Part shown: in pieces, positions 1 to 11,837 of the stretch
How the letters are laid out: the number at the start of each line of letters is the position of its first letter
Numbering within the stretch: the stretch's first letter is position 1
Source of the DNA: Octopus sinensis
Taxonomy: Eukaryota
Length of the DNA: 64,000 nt
NCBI RefSeq assembly: GCF_006345805.1
Contig: NC_043002.1
Coordinates: forward strand, 61,628,001 to 61,692,000
Direction of reading: 5' to 3'
Notes under the pieces: generated by a model
Told to the model about the DNA's origin: nothing
The model's database searches: none
The model's input: the letters and a program-made list of their open reading frames with translations, nothing else
Position numbers and translations under genes: made by a program

Positions 1-170
1 TGACAACAGATCCTGGTGTGTTTACTCCACCGTAACTGAACAGTTCAGCAAAAGAGAACGATAGAATAAGTAGCAAACTTACAAAGAATAAACCTGGGGG
101 GCGATTTGGTCGACTAACGGGGGTGCCCCAGCATGGCCGCAGTCAAATTACTGAAACAAGTAAAAGAACA
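1..170 (+). mobile_element. SINE family A, 3' portion
   Basis: Matches the 3' half of the repeat seen full-length at 24940-25330 and 52090-52500 (tail ...cagcatggccgcagtcaaatkactgaaacaagtaaaag). Confidence 0.8.
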
Positions 171-679
171 TATAATTACACACACACACACACACATATA
201 CATATATATATATATACATGTATGTATGTATGTATGTATGTATGTATGTATGTATGTATGTATGTATGTATGCATCTATACTATAATGCAGAAAGCTGCT
301 TATTATTCAAGTATGTAACAGTTACTAAAAGCACTAAAAGAAAGCAATTATTAAAAGCTTTGCAATTTTCTCTTTTTTTTGTATAAATTCATATTCCAAG
401 AAATTTTCTATGAATTCGATTTCTGAACTTTATTGGATTTTTGAACTCCAATTTTAAATATTCGTTGTATTGACTGTGGTGTTTTCCGTCTTCATTTACA
501 AAACTTCTCATTCTTTAGTTCAATGTTTTCATTTGAAGTTCTAATTTGCTATTTTGAAAACCCTGTTTATTCTATATATGTAATGTAAAAGTATTATTTA
601 TTGAATTCAAATTTTTTAATATACCTGTATAATCTTTGTAAAAACCATTCAAGAAGTGATTTTGTTTTTATAGCCGTTT

Positions 680-903
680 GGAACGCTATAAGCCTTGGAA
701 TAATAATTATCTGGGCCGATTTTGGCCATTTTTTAAAATTAAAACGATGGGAGGAGGCTTTTTGGTAAAAATAAATGTAAATATTTCACAGGAAATGATG
801 AACAGTGCAAGGGAGGTTTGGCTGGTTATTGATATACCAGTATAATCTTTATAGAGAAACAGTAAAATAATTACCCGATCAACGACGGGTATTACTGCTA
901 GTA
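680..903 (-). mobile_element. Helentron/DINE-like non-autonomous element, partial
   Basis: Minus strand begins tactagcagtaatacccgtcgttgatcggg, the same start and short hairpin as the element at 15469. Left boundary uncertain. Confidence 0.4.
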
Positions 904-1054
904 CATATATATTATATATATATATATATAAAGCGTGAAACTCATTGAGTAATATATTGTTCTATACACAATCATACAAACCAGGATATCTATCTATCTA
1001 TCTATCTATCTATTCATCCATCCGTCCATCTCTCTCTATCTCTCTCTCTATCTC

Positions 1055-1131
<77 letters not shown>

Positions 1132-1882
1132 ATCTATCTACTTGTCTGTCTATCTGTATATGTTATATTATATCATATTATAATCTTATATATTATACTG
1201 TTATATTTTATCATATCATATTATATGTGTATGTATGTATTTATACCTGCATGCACCTGTAGAGATGAAGCTGTATTCAGAAGAGGCTAGCTTTACTGGA
1301 TGAGTTCCACTGCTGCTGTGCATATTATTGAGTTTACAATGACAAAGACGTTTGTGTTGGTGATGACGACGACGATAATGATTTTAAGAAGGATGATGAT
1401 AATAGAGTTGTCATCGTTGTTGCTGGTCGTCGGAAGTGGGAGTGGAGAATATCATATTTAATTTTATTACGGTTAAATAACACTGATGATTTTACCCGTC
1501 CTTTGATGTATTTTGATAAAAGTGTTCTAGCAAAATCTTCAGTGATATGACGTAAAACAATTAATGAATCCATATGAGTTTTGATTACAAACATAGATTA
1601 CTTCCTGCTACAGACTTAACGACTGTTAATTTTCTGTACAGATCCATTATTGTCTTACAATAATCTGTTGCAAGCTGGAGCAAAACTTTACAAGTCTTAT
1701 TTACAGCCATTGAAATATTTTTAAATATGTTGATATGGAGATATCAAACCTAGAATTATAGCCGATATACGTGTGTTGGTGTGTTGGTGCATTAAATTAT
1801 TATCCCAAGACAATTCATGCATTTTCAGACATTTGTATTCTACCTTTTGATATTCTACACTAGAAAGGCATTGACGATGCGA

Positions 1883-1933
<51 letters not shown>

Positions 1934-1984
1934 ATTATTCAGTTTAATTTCAAGGTCTCTTGCCAATAGGGAAGGAGGCGGTTT

Positions 1985-2450
1985 CTAACCTAGATCCAAG
2001 ACACCTTCATTGGAATTTCCACATTAACAGCAGGGTAATGTTTCATGTAAGTATGAACGCATGTATGTATGTATAGATAGACGGGTGTGTATGTGCAGAT
2101 TTGTATGTCTTATGAATGTATTCTCATGCATATACTTGCATATCTAGATATGCTTATATGTATTTAAATGATAAACTTCTGGAAAGTTTTACAGATTTTT
2201 ACAGTTCCAGTGATGGATTGGATCTGTAGTCTTCGAATTAGCTTTTCCTTTCTAGTTTTGAGAAGCCTAATTTCTCAAGATTGGTATTTAGGCAGAGTGT
2301 TACATATCCTAGCGCCCCAATAGTTACAGATATAAACCTGATATTGTAATCTAGGCAGACTAACTGCAGATTTGTCAATAGTTCAGTGTACGTATTCTAT
2401 TTTTTACCGATCTTGAGCTTCATGTTAACATACGTAGGGCAGCTAAAATA
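1985..2450 (-). mobile_element. 3' fragment of an RLE-type non-LTR retrotransposon (family distinct from the 19-23 kb element)
   Basis: Minus-strand translation with a frameshift gives ...SCPTYVNMKLKIGKK*NTYTELLTNLQLVCLDYNIRFISVTIGALGYVTLCLNTNLEKLGFSK...LIRRLQIQSITGTVK. This is the restriction-like endonuclease C-terminus (IGALG motif) followed by a 3' UTR. Confidence 0.65.
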
Positions 2451-2840
2451 TGGATAATTGCATGAGGAGTGCAGCAAGAGAGCGTCCACGTAGAAGGAGA
2501 GAACGGTTGTGCGAGGAACAACCGGAGGAATAAAGGAATCAAAATCCTGTGAGGATCAGACAGGGAAGACACGGAATAAACCAAGAAGAGACAGAGCGTA
2601 ACATAGGGCATAAGGTGGAAAAGAAATCAGTAAAGGATAGAAAAAATGAGCCAGGACCAAAGAAAAGTGTATTTTTAAAATGAGAGAGATAGAAATCAAC
2701 AGAATCGAGAACACATGAGTCAAAAGCAAAGGCAGGTGTACTTATAAAATATGAGAAGCAGAGATTGATCACCGTCGGCACACCAGTAAACCACAAAATC
2801 GCACCAGCCAGCAACAGCACCACCTCCAAACACGTCTTAT

Positions 2841-2871
<31 letters not shown>

Positions 2872-2924
2872 AATATTTATAGGTGTGTTTTTGTCTGCGT
2901 TTTTCCCACCACCACCGTTGCATG

Positions 2925-3085
2925 ACAATCGATGTTGGTGTGCTTGCGTCCCTGTAGCTTAGCTTTTTGGCAGAAGAGACTGATAAAAGATAAACATCAG
3001 GTTGACAGGGAATAATTCCAGAGGTAAATTTATTCGACTAAAGGGTGGTGCACCGGCATGGCCACCGTCAAATGACTTAAAAAAA
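2925..3085 (+). mobile_element. SINE family A, degraded 3' portion
   Basis: Similar to the family A body and tail (gatgttggtgtg...ttcgactaaagggtggtgcaccggcatggccaccgtcaaatgact). Confidence 0.65.
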
Positions 3086-3633
3086 GGAAAAAAATAAAGG
3101 AATACAAAAAAAAACGTTCCGTTCCACAAAGCCAAGAGGGTTCTCTGAATATGTACGATGGCTAAATAGTAATTCTGTTTACATTTGCGTAACTGGAATA
3201 TTTTGGTTGGATTATATAGTTATTGCGTTTACACATCTTTCTATATTTTGTAATTATCGCAATATACTTTTCTACTATAAGCAAAAGTCCTGAAAGTTTG
3301 GGGTGGATAAGGCCAGTCGATTAGATTGACCCCAATATGCCACTGGTACTTAATTTGTCGAATTTGAGATCACAACGTAAAGACAGACGAAATGACGTTG
3401 ATCATTTCCCCCCGCGTGTTAACGACCCTGCCAGGTCGCCGCTTTTAACTGTCACAATATAGAAACATTTCTCATGGCAGCAGCACACACTTTACAGATG
3501 CTTACATTTATTAAAAATATTTTCGGTGAATTTGTCACGGCTCCGGCTAGTAGTTTATTAATGCCTATATAAATGATAGGTATCTGAAAAATAATTAATT
3601 CATATACCATTTTCCAATGTCTACTTTGATTAT

Positions 3634-3790
3634 TTATAAATGTACGTATGTATGTATGTATTTTGTATGTATGTATGTATGTATGTATGTATGTATGTAT
3701 GTATGTATGTATGTATGTATGTATGTATGTATGTATGTATGTATGTATGTATGTATGTATGTATGTATGTATGTATGTATGTATGTATAA
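3634..3790. repeat. (TATG)n microsatellite
   Basis: Direct observation. Confidence 0.95.
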
Positions 3791-4013
3791 AGCTTGTCAC
3801 ATCAAAAGAAATAAACCTTAATATCATTGGGAAAAGAGGACTTTTATTGATTGACACAGCCCAGCGTCACGAGTATTGCAACATCGGAAGTCATGCAACG
3901 TTTATCGAATTTTGGGCACAGAGAGTCCTAAATGTAAATCCCTATCCATGTATCATTCAACATACATACAAGGCATACAAATATGCACACACCCACGCGC
4001 AAACAGACACACA

Positions 4014-4072
<59 letters not shown>

Positions 4073-4875
4073 GCATATGTATATATGACTGTGCGGTGGC
4101 CAGAGCAAAAAAAGAACAGGGAAAAAGGAAACAACAGAATAGGGGGAAATAGGGTAACGAAACATTCTAGATGAGAAACATCGATACAAATTTTACTACT
4201 ATATAGTAATCTGTGAAGGAACAAAAGTCAGGAGCAGCTGAGAATTAGTACTTATTTTAATGTGGTTAGTGAAAAAGTATCCTCAAAATAATGTCGAGAA
4301 TGAAACGGGACAGGCCTTTGTTTCAACCGGACACACACACACACACATACACACACATACACATATATATATATACATACAATTTAAAAAGAGGATAAAA
4401 TCTTTAGAAGAAATTTTCAAGTATTAGCATGAAAAGCCGTATAAGGGAAAAATCCATCAATTTTTCTCTTAAATATATTTATTTATATTATATAGAGGGC
4501 ATTACTATACATAAATGCCACACGCTAGCAGGGACTCTTAAAGCCAAAACTACCAAAATAAATAAACACATAGTACCAAATGCGAGGGAATGCATTCGGT
4601 ACTAAGTGTGAAGAAGAGTCAACTGACAGCAATCTGGACGAAAAAATCTTTGAGGGGGAAATTGATTGTGTATGCTGCATGCTGCATGCGTCATGCGAAA
4701 GAGCAATTCAGAAGAAGAAGGAGAAGAAGCAACATCAAAAACTACGGACGAAAGTGGTCAATATGAAATACGCAGAAATTTGAGGACGCATGAAGATGTG
4801 AATCAGGTGCACTATCCACAGCAACATGGTTTGAAGTGCAGCTTGTGATGGAGTTTTAACATAATACGTGTAAAT

Positions 4876-4881
4876 TTTATT
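4876..4881 (-). promoter_or_regulatory. Candidate polyadenylation signal AATAAA for the GPCR
   Basis: Plus-strand tttatt at 4876-4881, about 100 nt downstream of the GPCR stop codon. The motif is common in AT-rich DNA. Confidence 0.35.
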
Positions 4882-4981
4882 GTGTGCGTGCGAGTGTTTG
4901 CAGATGTATGACACAGATACAATAATATATAAGCATAATCGATACCTTCTTAAATGGATTTACAAATGAACAAAACAATTT

Positions 4982-5872
4982 TTACCTCGGTAACCTATAG
5001 ACACTGCCTGTGTTCCTTGGATTTTGCCGGAAACATATTTCTTTCAAACTGTCGCGAAAAGATTTACTTACGAAAACGTACAATATAAAATTGATGCCAT
5101 TATTAACACACGCTAACATATCGAACAATAAATATAATATTCTATCACTTTCGGACTGAAAAATCATTAGAAAATAATATATAGATACAGGGAAAGTTGT
5201 AAACATAAACGCACTATTAATTATCACCAGGTATACAGAATTTTTAGATTGTGATGTAGATCTTCGTTGAACATTCTGGCCAAGTTTCGAAGGCTGGAGT
5301 ATTTTATAAATCATGAGAATAGACATGAGGAATAATACTATAGCAGGTAGAAACGAATATAATACGATTGCAACACACAATTTGTATTCATAATTGTTTA
5401 TAAGAAGCATAATCATTGCGTAAATTATAGCAACACAGACAAGAAGTGCAAACAGAACGATATAAGGTTTATATCGTCCAGAAGAATAAATTTTAGAAAA
5501 AGGATGCAAAATTGCTCCCAGCCGTTCAATTGATATGAGTACCGTAATCCAGGAGGAATATATATTAAAAAACAATGAGATGATCTCAAAAGTTAAACTG
5601 GATAATATACTGGTATCTGGAGCCAATAACTGTAGAGAATAAGAGGTCCATATGATTCTTGGACAATTCAACAAAATAGAAATTATATCTACAGAAATTA
5701 GACATAGGATATATGGAACGACTTTATTCTTACGCATATTCTTCCTGCAAAATGTTGCCATGGCTGTTATATTCCCAAGAGTTCCAAATGTAAATATCAT
5801 TATACAACCACATCTTATGGATGTAATGAAATGGATGTTGGCATAATCAACTGCTACGCTACTGTTGGTCAT
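4982..5872 (-). CDS. Intronless rhodopsin-like (class A) GPCR, 296 aa, resembling the FMRFamide-receptor-like / putative chemosensory expansions of molluscs
   Basis: Seven hydrophobic segments. TM1 GN (GTLGN), TM3 SSWITVLISIERLGAILHP (DRY variant ERL), TM5 Pro (FLPA), TM6 FTTFP, TM7 NNGINFILY, helix 8 FRDSL, N-terminal NSS sequon. Open frame in complex, non-repetitive sequence. Confidence 0.92.
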   Translation of the reverse strand: MTNSSVAVDYANIHFITSIRCGCIMIFTFGTLGNITAMATFCRKNMRKNKVVPYILCLISVDIISILLNCPRIIWTSYSLQLLAPDTSILSSLTFEIISLFFNIYSSWITVLISIERLGAILHPFSKIYSSGRYKPYIVLFALLVCVAIIYAMIMLLINNYEYKLCVAIVLYSFLPAIVLFLMSILMIYKILQPSKLGQNVQRRSTSQSKNSVYLVIINSAFMFTTFPVSIYYFLMIFQSESDRILYLLFDMLACVNNGINFILYVFVSKSFRDSLKEICFRQNPRNTGSVYRLPR

Positions 5873-6087
5873 TCTACACTATTTCGTTATGTTTTTATCC
5901 TTTACAGAACATGTAGATCACTCCTGGCAAGTGTGTATAGAGTTTTAGTTTGGGTTTTTCATAATACGATTAATTTTCAGTTTACATCTCATTTATAGTT
6001 GTATAATATTTTTACGTGAATTGAAATATCAATGGTATTCACCGTTTATATTTGGAGAAATATACATACATACTTACACACACACAC

Positions 6088-6130
<43 letters not shown>

Positions 6131-6185
6131 TATTGTTATTAACTATATGTGTGTGCATGTGTGTATTCACGTGTGTGATTATATT

Positions 6186-6241
<56 letters not shown>

Positions 6242-6980
6242 TATTATAATAAGGTAGAGAGTATGGTGGGTGATTATGTTGGAAGAAAAAAATCTTATTT
6301 TGTACAATATTGTATGATACTGTTGCTATAATTATCCTAATATATTCTTTAGTCTTGTAATCCAAACATTGGGTTTCTTGATTTTATTTATTTCCGTATG
6401 TGTGTGTGTATGTGTGTATATGTGTATGTGTGTGTGTGCTTTTGTGTGTGTGTGTGTAAGTTGGAATGAAACTTTAGAAGAATAATAGTTTTTAAAATAT
6501 CGTTATATTCGCTCGTTAGATAGATTTTGATATACATCTATATTTTGTATTTTATTCCATCTCAACTATGTTAGGCTTTTAGTTCATGTTAATGTAAGGT
6601 ATCATGGGAAACTTGAATACGCTGAACACATACAAAATTGTTTGCTTTAACTTGCATTAATTCAGATGTTGTCCAGTGACTCCGTTCAAACTTGGGCTTA
6701 GATTTATAAACGAAAGAAACGCAAAAGCTTTTCGAATGTTAATATATGTAGAGAAAGAGAGATAGAGAGAGAGGGGGGAGGGACAGAGATAGAAAGAGAA
6801 AGAGATAGTGTGAGAAAAATAAAGAGAGAAAGAGAATTGCATCAGTTGAGAGAGAGAGATAGTGAGTGTGGTTCACAGAAAGAAGAAAAGTGATAGTCAG
6901 AGTATTTGATAGGAAGTGATACATCTAATAATGGAAGACTTGTTTTTATTGGTTCCCTTATAATGCATCTCCTTGTATTA
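5230..6980. repeat. Segmental duplication, copy 1 (GPCR 5' two-thirds plus upstream region); paralogous to 13012-14580
   Basis: Colinear similarity blocks in both copies, e.g. ggaatgaaactttagaag, tgtccagtractccgttcaaa, ttattggttccc / tcattggttccc. Confidence 0.85.
6666..6716 (-). promoter_or_regulatory. Candidate TATA + Initiator core promoter of the GPCR
   Basis: On the minus strand TATAAA starts at 6708 and the A of a TCACT Inr-like motif is at 6677 (31 nt spacing). The block is conserved in the paralog at 14278-14327. Confidence 0.4.
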
Positions 6981-7064
6981 AGAGGTAAGTTAAGTCGTGG
7001 TGGCGATAATGATGAGGATGATAATGATGATGATGATGATGATGATACTCTTTACTCTCTCTTT

Positions 7065-7270
7065 ATTCTTTTACTTGTTTCAGGCAATTCACTGTGGCCA
7101 TGCTGTAGCACAACCTTCAGTCGAGCAAATTGACCCAGGACTTATTCTTTGTAAGCCTAGTACTTATTCTATCGGTATCTTTCGCCGCACCACTATGTTG
7201 CGGTATTGTAAACACACAAGCATCGGTCGTCAAGCGGTGTTCGGGGACAAACACAGACACAAAACATATA
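7065..7270 (-). mobile_element. SINE family A, 3' portion
   Basis: Reverse complement of the family A tail and body. Confidence 0.85.
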
Positions 7271-7601
7271 CACACACACACAATTATATATATATATATA
7301 TATAATATATATATATAATTCAACAATTGAGGGTAAAATTAATTAATTATTAATCAATTTCACCAAGTATTCAGTATGCAAGGGACCATTTAAGGCGAAT
7401 TCAAATTATTACATTATATAAAAGGGCTTAGTAAAATAAATTACTTTGCCGCATACTGAACTCATTAGAAATAGTAGCTAAAAAAACTTTTTTAAAACTA
7501 TTTCTAATACTTAAAAGAAACCTCTCTCATATAGTGTTTGCTCAATTCAACTCACGAAAGTAATGGGGGTAAAACATAAAAAATCAAATGCAAAGGTTAT
7601 T

Positions 7602-7653
7602 TGAGAACGTACGTTTCAAGATTAGTCAACTCGACATTTCTATCATCAGCTCA
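7602..7653 (-). ncRNA. Minimal type I hammerhead ribozyme
   Basis: UGAG-CUGAUGA-[stem II uagaaaugucgaguugacuaaucuu]-GAA-ACGUACGU-U-CUCA. Stem I is UGAG/CUCA, stem III is palindromic and the cleavage triplet is GUU. Stem II base is imperfect (U.U at 10.1-11.1). Confidence 0.7.
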
Positions 7654-8157
7654 GAACTCCTGGTTTGGATTTGAAAACACTGAAAGTGGGAGCATACCCT
7701 TTCGGCTTCTTATCGCTTCTGAAGATCTGCTCGAAACTAACAGTGCCAGCAAACTCAAATATGCAAGCGAAAATTTCTGCTCTCCCCTTTCCACCAGCGT
7801 GGGTTAAAATCAGTAAACACTATGCTTTTTTTTTCGGTAAAATCCGAGGCATTAAATAGAGAGAGATGAATTATAATTTCAACAATTGAGGTAAAATTAA
7901 TAATTATTAATCAATTTCACCAAGTATTCAGTATGCAAAGGGACCATTTAAGGCGAATTCAATTATTACATTATATAAAAGGGCTTAGTAAAATATATTA
8001 CTTTGCCGCATACTGAACTCATTAGAAATAGTAGCTAAAAAAACTTTTTTAAAACTATTTCTAATACTTAAAGAAAACCTCTCTCATATAGTGTTTGCTC
8101 AATTCAACTCACGAAAGTATGGGGGTAAAGACATTAAAAAATCAATGCAAAGTTATT

Positions 8158-8209
8158 TGAGAACGTACGTTTCAAGATTAGTCAACTCGACATTTCTATC
8201 ATCAGCTCA
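8158..8209 (-). ncRNA. Minimal type I hammerhead ribozyme (second tandem copy)
   Basis: Same sequence as 7602-7653. Confidence 0.7.
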
Positions 8210-8835
8210 GAACTCCTTGGTTTGGATTTGAAAACACTGAAGTGGGAGCATACCCTTTCGGCTTCTTATCGCTTCTGAAGATCTGCTCGGAACTAACAGT
8301 GCCAGCAAACTCAAATATGCAAGCGAAGAATTTCTGCTCTCCCCTTTCCACCAGCGTGGGTTAAAATCAGTAAACACTATGCTTTTTTCGGTAAAATCCG
8401 AGGCATTAAATAGAGAGAGATGAATTATAATTTCAACAATTGAGGGTAAAATTAATTAATTATTAATCAATTTCACCAAGTATTCAGTATGCAAAGGGAC
8501 CATTTAAGGCGAATTCAAATTATTACATTATATAAAAGGGCTTAGTAAAATAAATTACTTTGCCGCATACCGAACTCATTAGAAATACAAAACTAAATTC
8601 AAACGTGACTTATGCCTATAAACACTCACATAAATTAATAATATGTAGGAATGAACATCAAAATATATACTAGTGATGATATAATAATGAAAACAATGAG
8701 AAATAAATATATTCAATAAAAACTATTGTTAAAAGGGGTCGTAAACAAATGTGAATGAATGACAAAATGCAAAAAGATATATAAACGAAATCAACGAAGA
8801 AAAAAAACATTTATAAATGATAAAATCTAATAATC

Positions 8836-9065
8836 TACATAATAATAATAATAATAATATTAATAATATAATAATGATAATAATAATAATAATAATAATA
8901 ATAATATAATATAATAATAATATAATAATAAAATAATAATAATAATAATATAATAATATAATAATTACATTAATAATAATGATAATAATCACAACATCGA
9001 AACATATCTTAGGAATTCCTAAGGTATTTTTCGATGCTATTATTATTATTATTATTATAATTATA

Positions 9066-9126
<61 letters not shown>

Positions 9127-9200
9127 TATTATTATTATCATTATTATTATTATTATTATTATTATTTTATTATTATTATTTTATTATCATCATCACCATC
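8836..9200. repeat. (AAT)n - palindromic spacer - (ATT)n fold-back
   Basis: catcgaaa..cttaggaattcctaag..tttcgatg (8995-9036) lies between complementary trinucleotide tracts. Confidence 0.8.
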
Positions 9201-9409
9201 ATTAATATTAGTATCTTTATACAAGTCACAAGCAAGTAAAAATTAGACATTTTCGCCGAGCCTCGCGACGTTCAGCTGAACGTAGCACGTATTATGACCA
9301 TGGTAGTCAACGGCATTTTGTACATACATATTTTATACTATATTTTTATGAGATTTGCTTTACGATATTTTAACTTTATATATATATATACATTTTTCTT
9401 TTATTTTTA

Positions 9410-9830
9410 TGTGTTTGTCATTTGACTGCAGCCATGCTGGAGCACTGCCTTTACTTGAATAATTCGACCATAGGATTTATTCTTTGTGAGCTTAGTATTT
9501 CTTCTATCGGTCTTTTATGTGAAACCGCCAGGTTTTGGGGAAGTAAGCACACCAACAGCGGTTGTCACGTGATGGTGGGGAGATAAACACACACAAAGAC
9601 ACACATAACACCACACACACACACACACAACATATATTATATATATATTATATATATATATATATATATACGACGGGCGTCTTTCAGTTACCGTCTACCA
9701 AATCCTCTCACAAGGCTTTGGACGGTCCGATGCTCTAGTAGAAGACCCCGGTGCCAATCATGGAATCGAAGCTGGAGCCATTTGGTTGGGAAGCAAGCTT
9801 CTAACCACACAGCCATGCTGCGCGCGCACA
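9410..9830 (-). mobile_element. SINE family A, near full length
   Basis: tRNA-like head at about 9760-9830, body, CA/TA tract and conserved tail. Confidence 0.85.
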
Positions 9831-9853
9831 CACACACACACATATATATATAC

Positions 9854-9897
<44 letters not shown>

Positions 9898-10279
9898 ATA
9901 TATCTATATTATATATATATGTATAATCATTTTATTCTTTTCGCAACTTTTTTGCAGTCAGTGGACTGCGGCATGCCTCAGCACCGCCTTTAGTCGAAAA
10001 AGTATCGACCCCAGGACGTATTCTTATATATATTAATATTTAGCAGAATTACCGGAGTGACTCCAGGACCGAGTGTTTCATGTGTTGGCAATTTTAAAGT
10101 ATTTACAGGTCGAAGACCCGTGAGTGAATATTTCTGTTGAAAAAATATATTTCCCTCTGGATTGTTCCAGATCGAATCATCATAATACCACTTGGATAAT
10201 TGTGTATGTATGTATTTATTTCTTCTATCTTCTATTTATATATATATTATATAATATATATATATAATAAAATGTATGC

Positions 10280-10320
<41 letters not shown>

Positions 10321-10344
10321 ACATTTAATGTAAACGACATGATT

Positions 10345-10500
10345 CTTTTAGTTTCCGTCTACCAAATCCACTCACAAGTCTTCGGTCGGCACGACGCTAT
10401 CGTAGAAGAGACCTACCCAAGATGCCACACAGTGGAACTGAACCGGGATCCGTTTGTTTGGGAAGCAATCTATTTACCACACAGCTAGTTCTGCGCCTAT
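10345..10500 (-). mobile_element. SINE family A, 5' portion (tail fragment also at 9940-10030)
   Basis: Reverse complement of the tRNA-like head (aggcgcag...gtggtaa...ggttcagttccactgtgtggcatcttggg). Confidence 0.75.
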
Positions 10501-10837
10501 ATATTTATGTTTCTATCTACATGTGCTTTGTGTTTGGTCTTGTTTATTTCCGCCTGAATATAGCAAGGAATGTATACATACTTTAATAGAAATTTCCTTA
10601 TTTTTTTCGATTTAATTAAACCCCTTAGAATAAATGGAGAGATTAAGGCTTAATTTTGAACAAAGGAAATTTTTTCATAGCTTCTATAGGTAGGAAGAAA
10701 ACATAGTCAAAGTTCAAAGACAGTTCAAGATGTATTTTGAAACAATGCCACCTACGCATCTTATCATTACACGAAATAGCGACAAGTATCAAACAGATGA
10801 ATCTGTTGAGGTTATCCAAAAGATATGAAACTGCCGT

Positions 10838-10918
10838 TGATGACAATAATGAAGATGATGATGATGATGAGGAGGATAATGATGATGAAAATGATGATGA
10901 TGATGGTTATGGTGCTGT

Positions 10919-10976
<58 letters not shown>

Positions 10977-11130
10977 AATGATGATGATGATAGTGGTGCC
11001 ACTGATGCTGCTGCTCACGGCGATGAATAGGTGGATTCTAATGGCGATGATGATGATGACGTTGATTGCGATATCTATGATGATGACGATGTTGATGATG
11101 ACGATGATACTGCTGCTGATGTTGATGATG
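10838..11130. repeat. (GAT)n microsatellite
   Basis: Direct observation; source of the poly-D/M/I ORFs. Confidence 0.95.
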
Positions 11131-11803
11131 AAATATCACTACCGTGTTTGCGAGTACAAAACATTCAGGATCATATATTAAAGTGTATATATTGAATTAT
11201 ATTGTTTGTTATTTACTTGGACACCATGTAAGGAGCGGTCGTATCTAAAATGCAACTCTCCCTTGAGTTTACGACTCTTCCTGTCATAAAGCGGTAGGTT
11301 TGCTTTATTTTGCTTGAAAAATCTCATTGGAATTATCACACAAAATATATTAATGGTTTTACTCAATTACATACAATCCCAACATACTTAAGAAAATTGC
11401 TTCAATTAACTGAAGTTGTGTGAAGGAGGGGTGTTTTTTCTTATGTTTTTGACATATCGGAATAAATTTTAAGTCAATTTAAATTATTTCTTCATTGCAG
11501 TACGGTCTGCTAAAAGCCAGACATTCATTAAAACCTCATTCATTCTCTCCTTCAAATACTAACACACACACAAGCACATACATACATACATACATACATC
11601 CATCCATACATACATACATACATACATACTCATGCGTAGTATTCGTAGATGTGCCACGCTCAAAAGAATATTGCATGTCCTCGATACACACACACACACA
11701 CATATATATATATATTAATATATATATATATACATACATATATACATATATAAGTATATATACATATATACATATATAAATATATATACATATATACACA
11801 CAT

Positions 11804-11837
<34 letters not shown>

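Larger units (their letters stand above)
7321..8587 (-). repeat. Tandem array of about 2.3 copies of a ~556-bp hammerhead-containing unit (PLE-terminus / retrozyme-like)
   Basis: caacaattgag starts at 7321, 7880 and 8434. Each full unit carries an HHR on the minus strand. The same family is present at 14645. Confidence 0.9.

Noticed and set aside
1975-2030. ccaatgaagg...gaaacc in the RLE LINE 3' UTR as an HHR variant
   Set aside because: The core deviates at several invariant positions and the stems are not convincing.
7321-8587. CRISPR-like or satellite interpretation of repeated units (here and in the SINE multimers)
   Set aside because: This is a eukaryotic context with long contiguous units, no repeat-spacer alternation and no cas genes.
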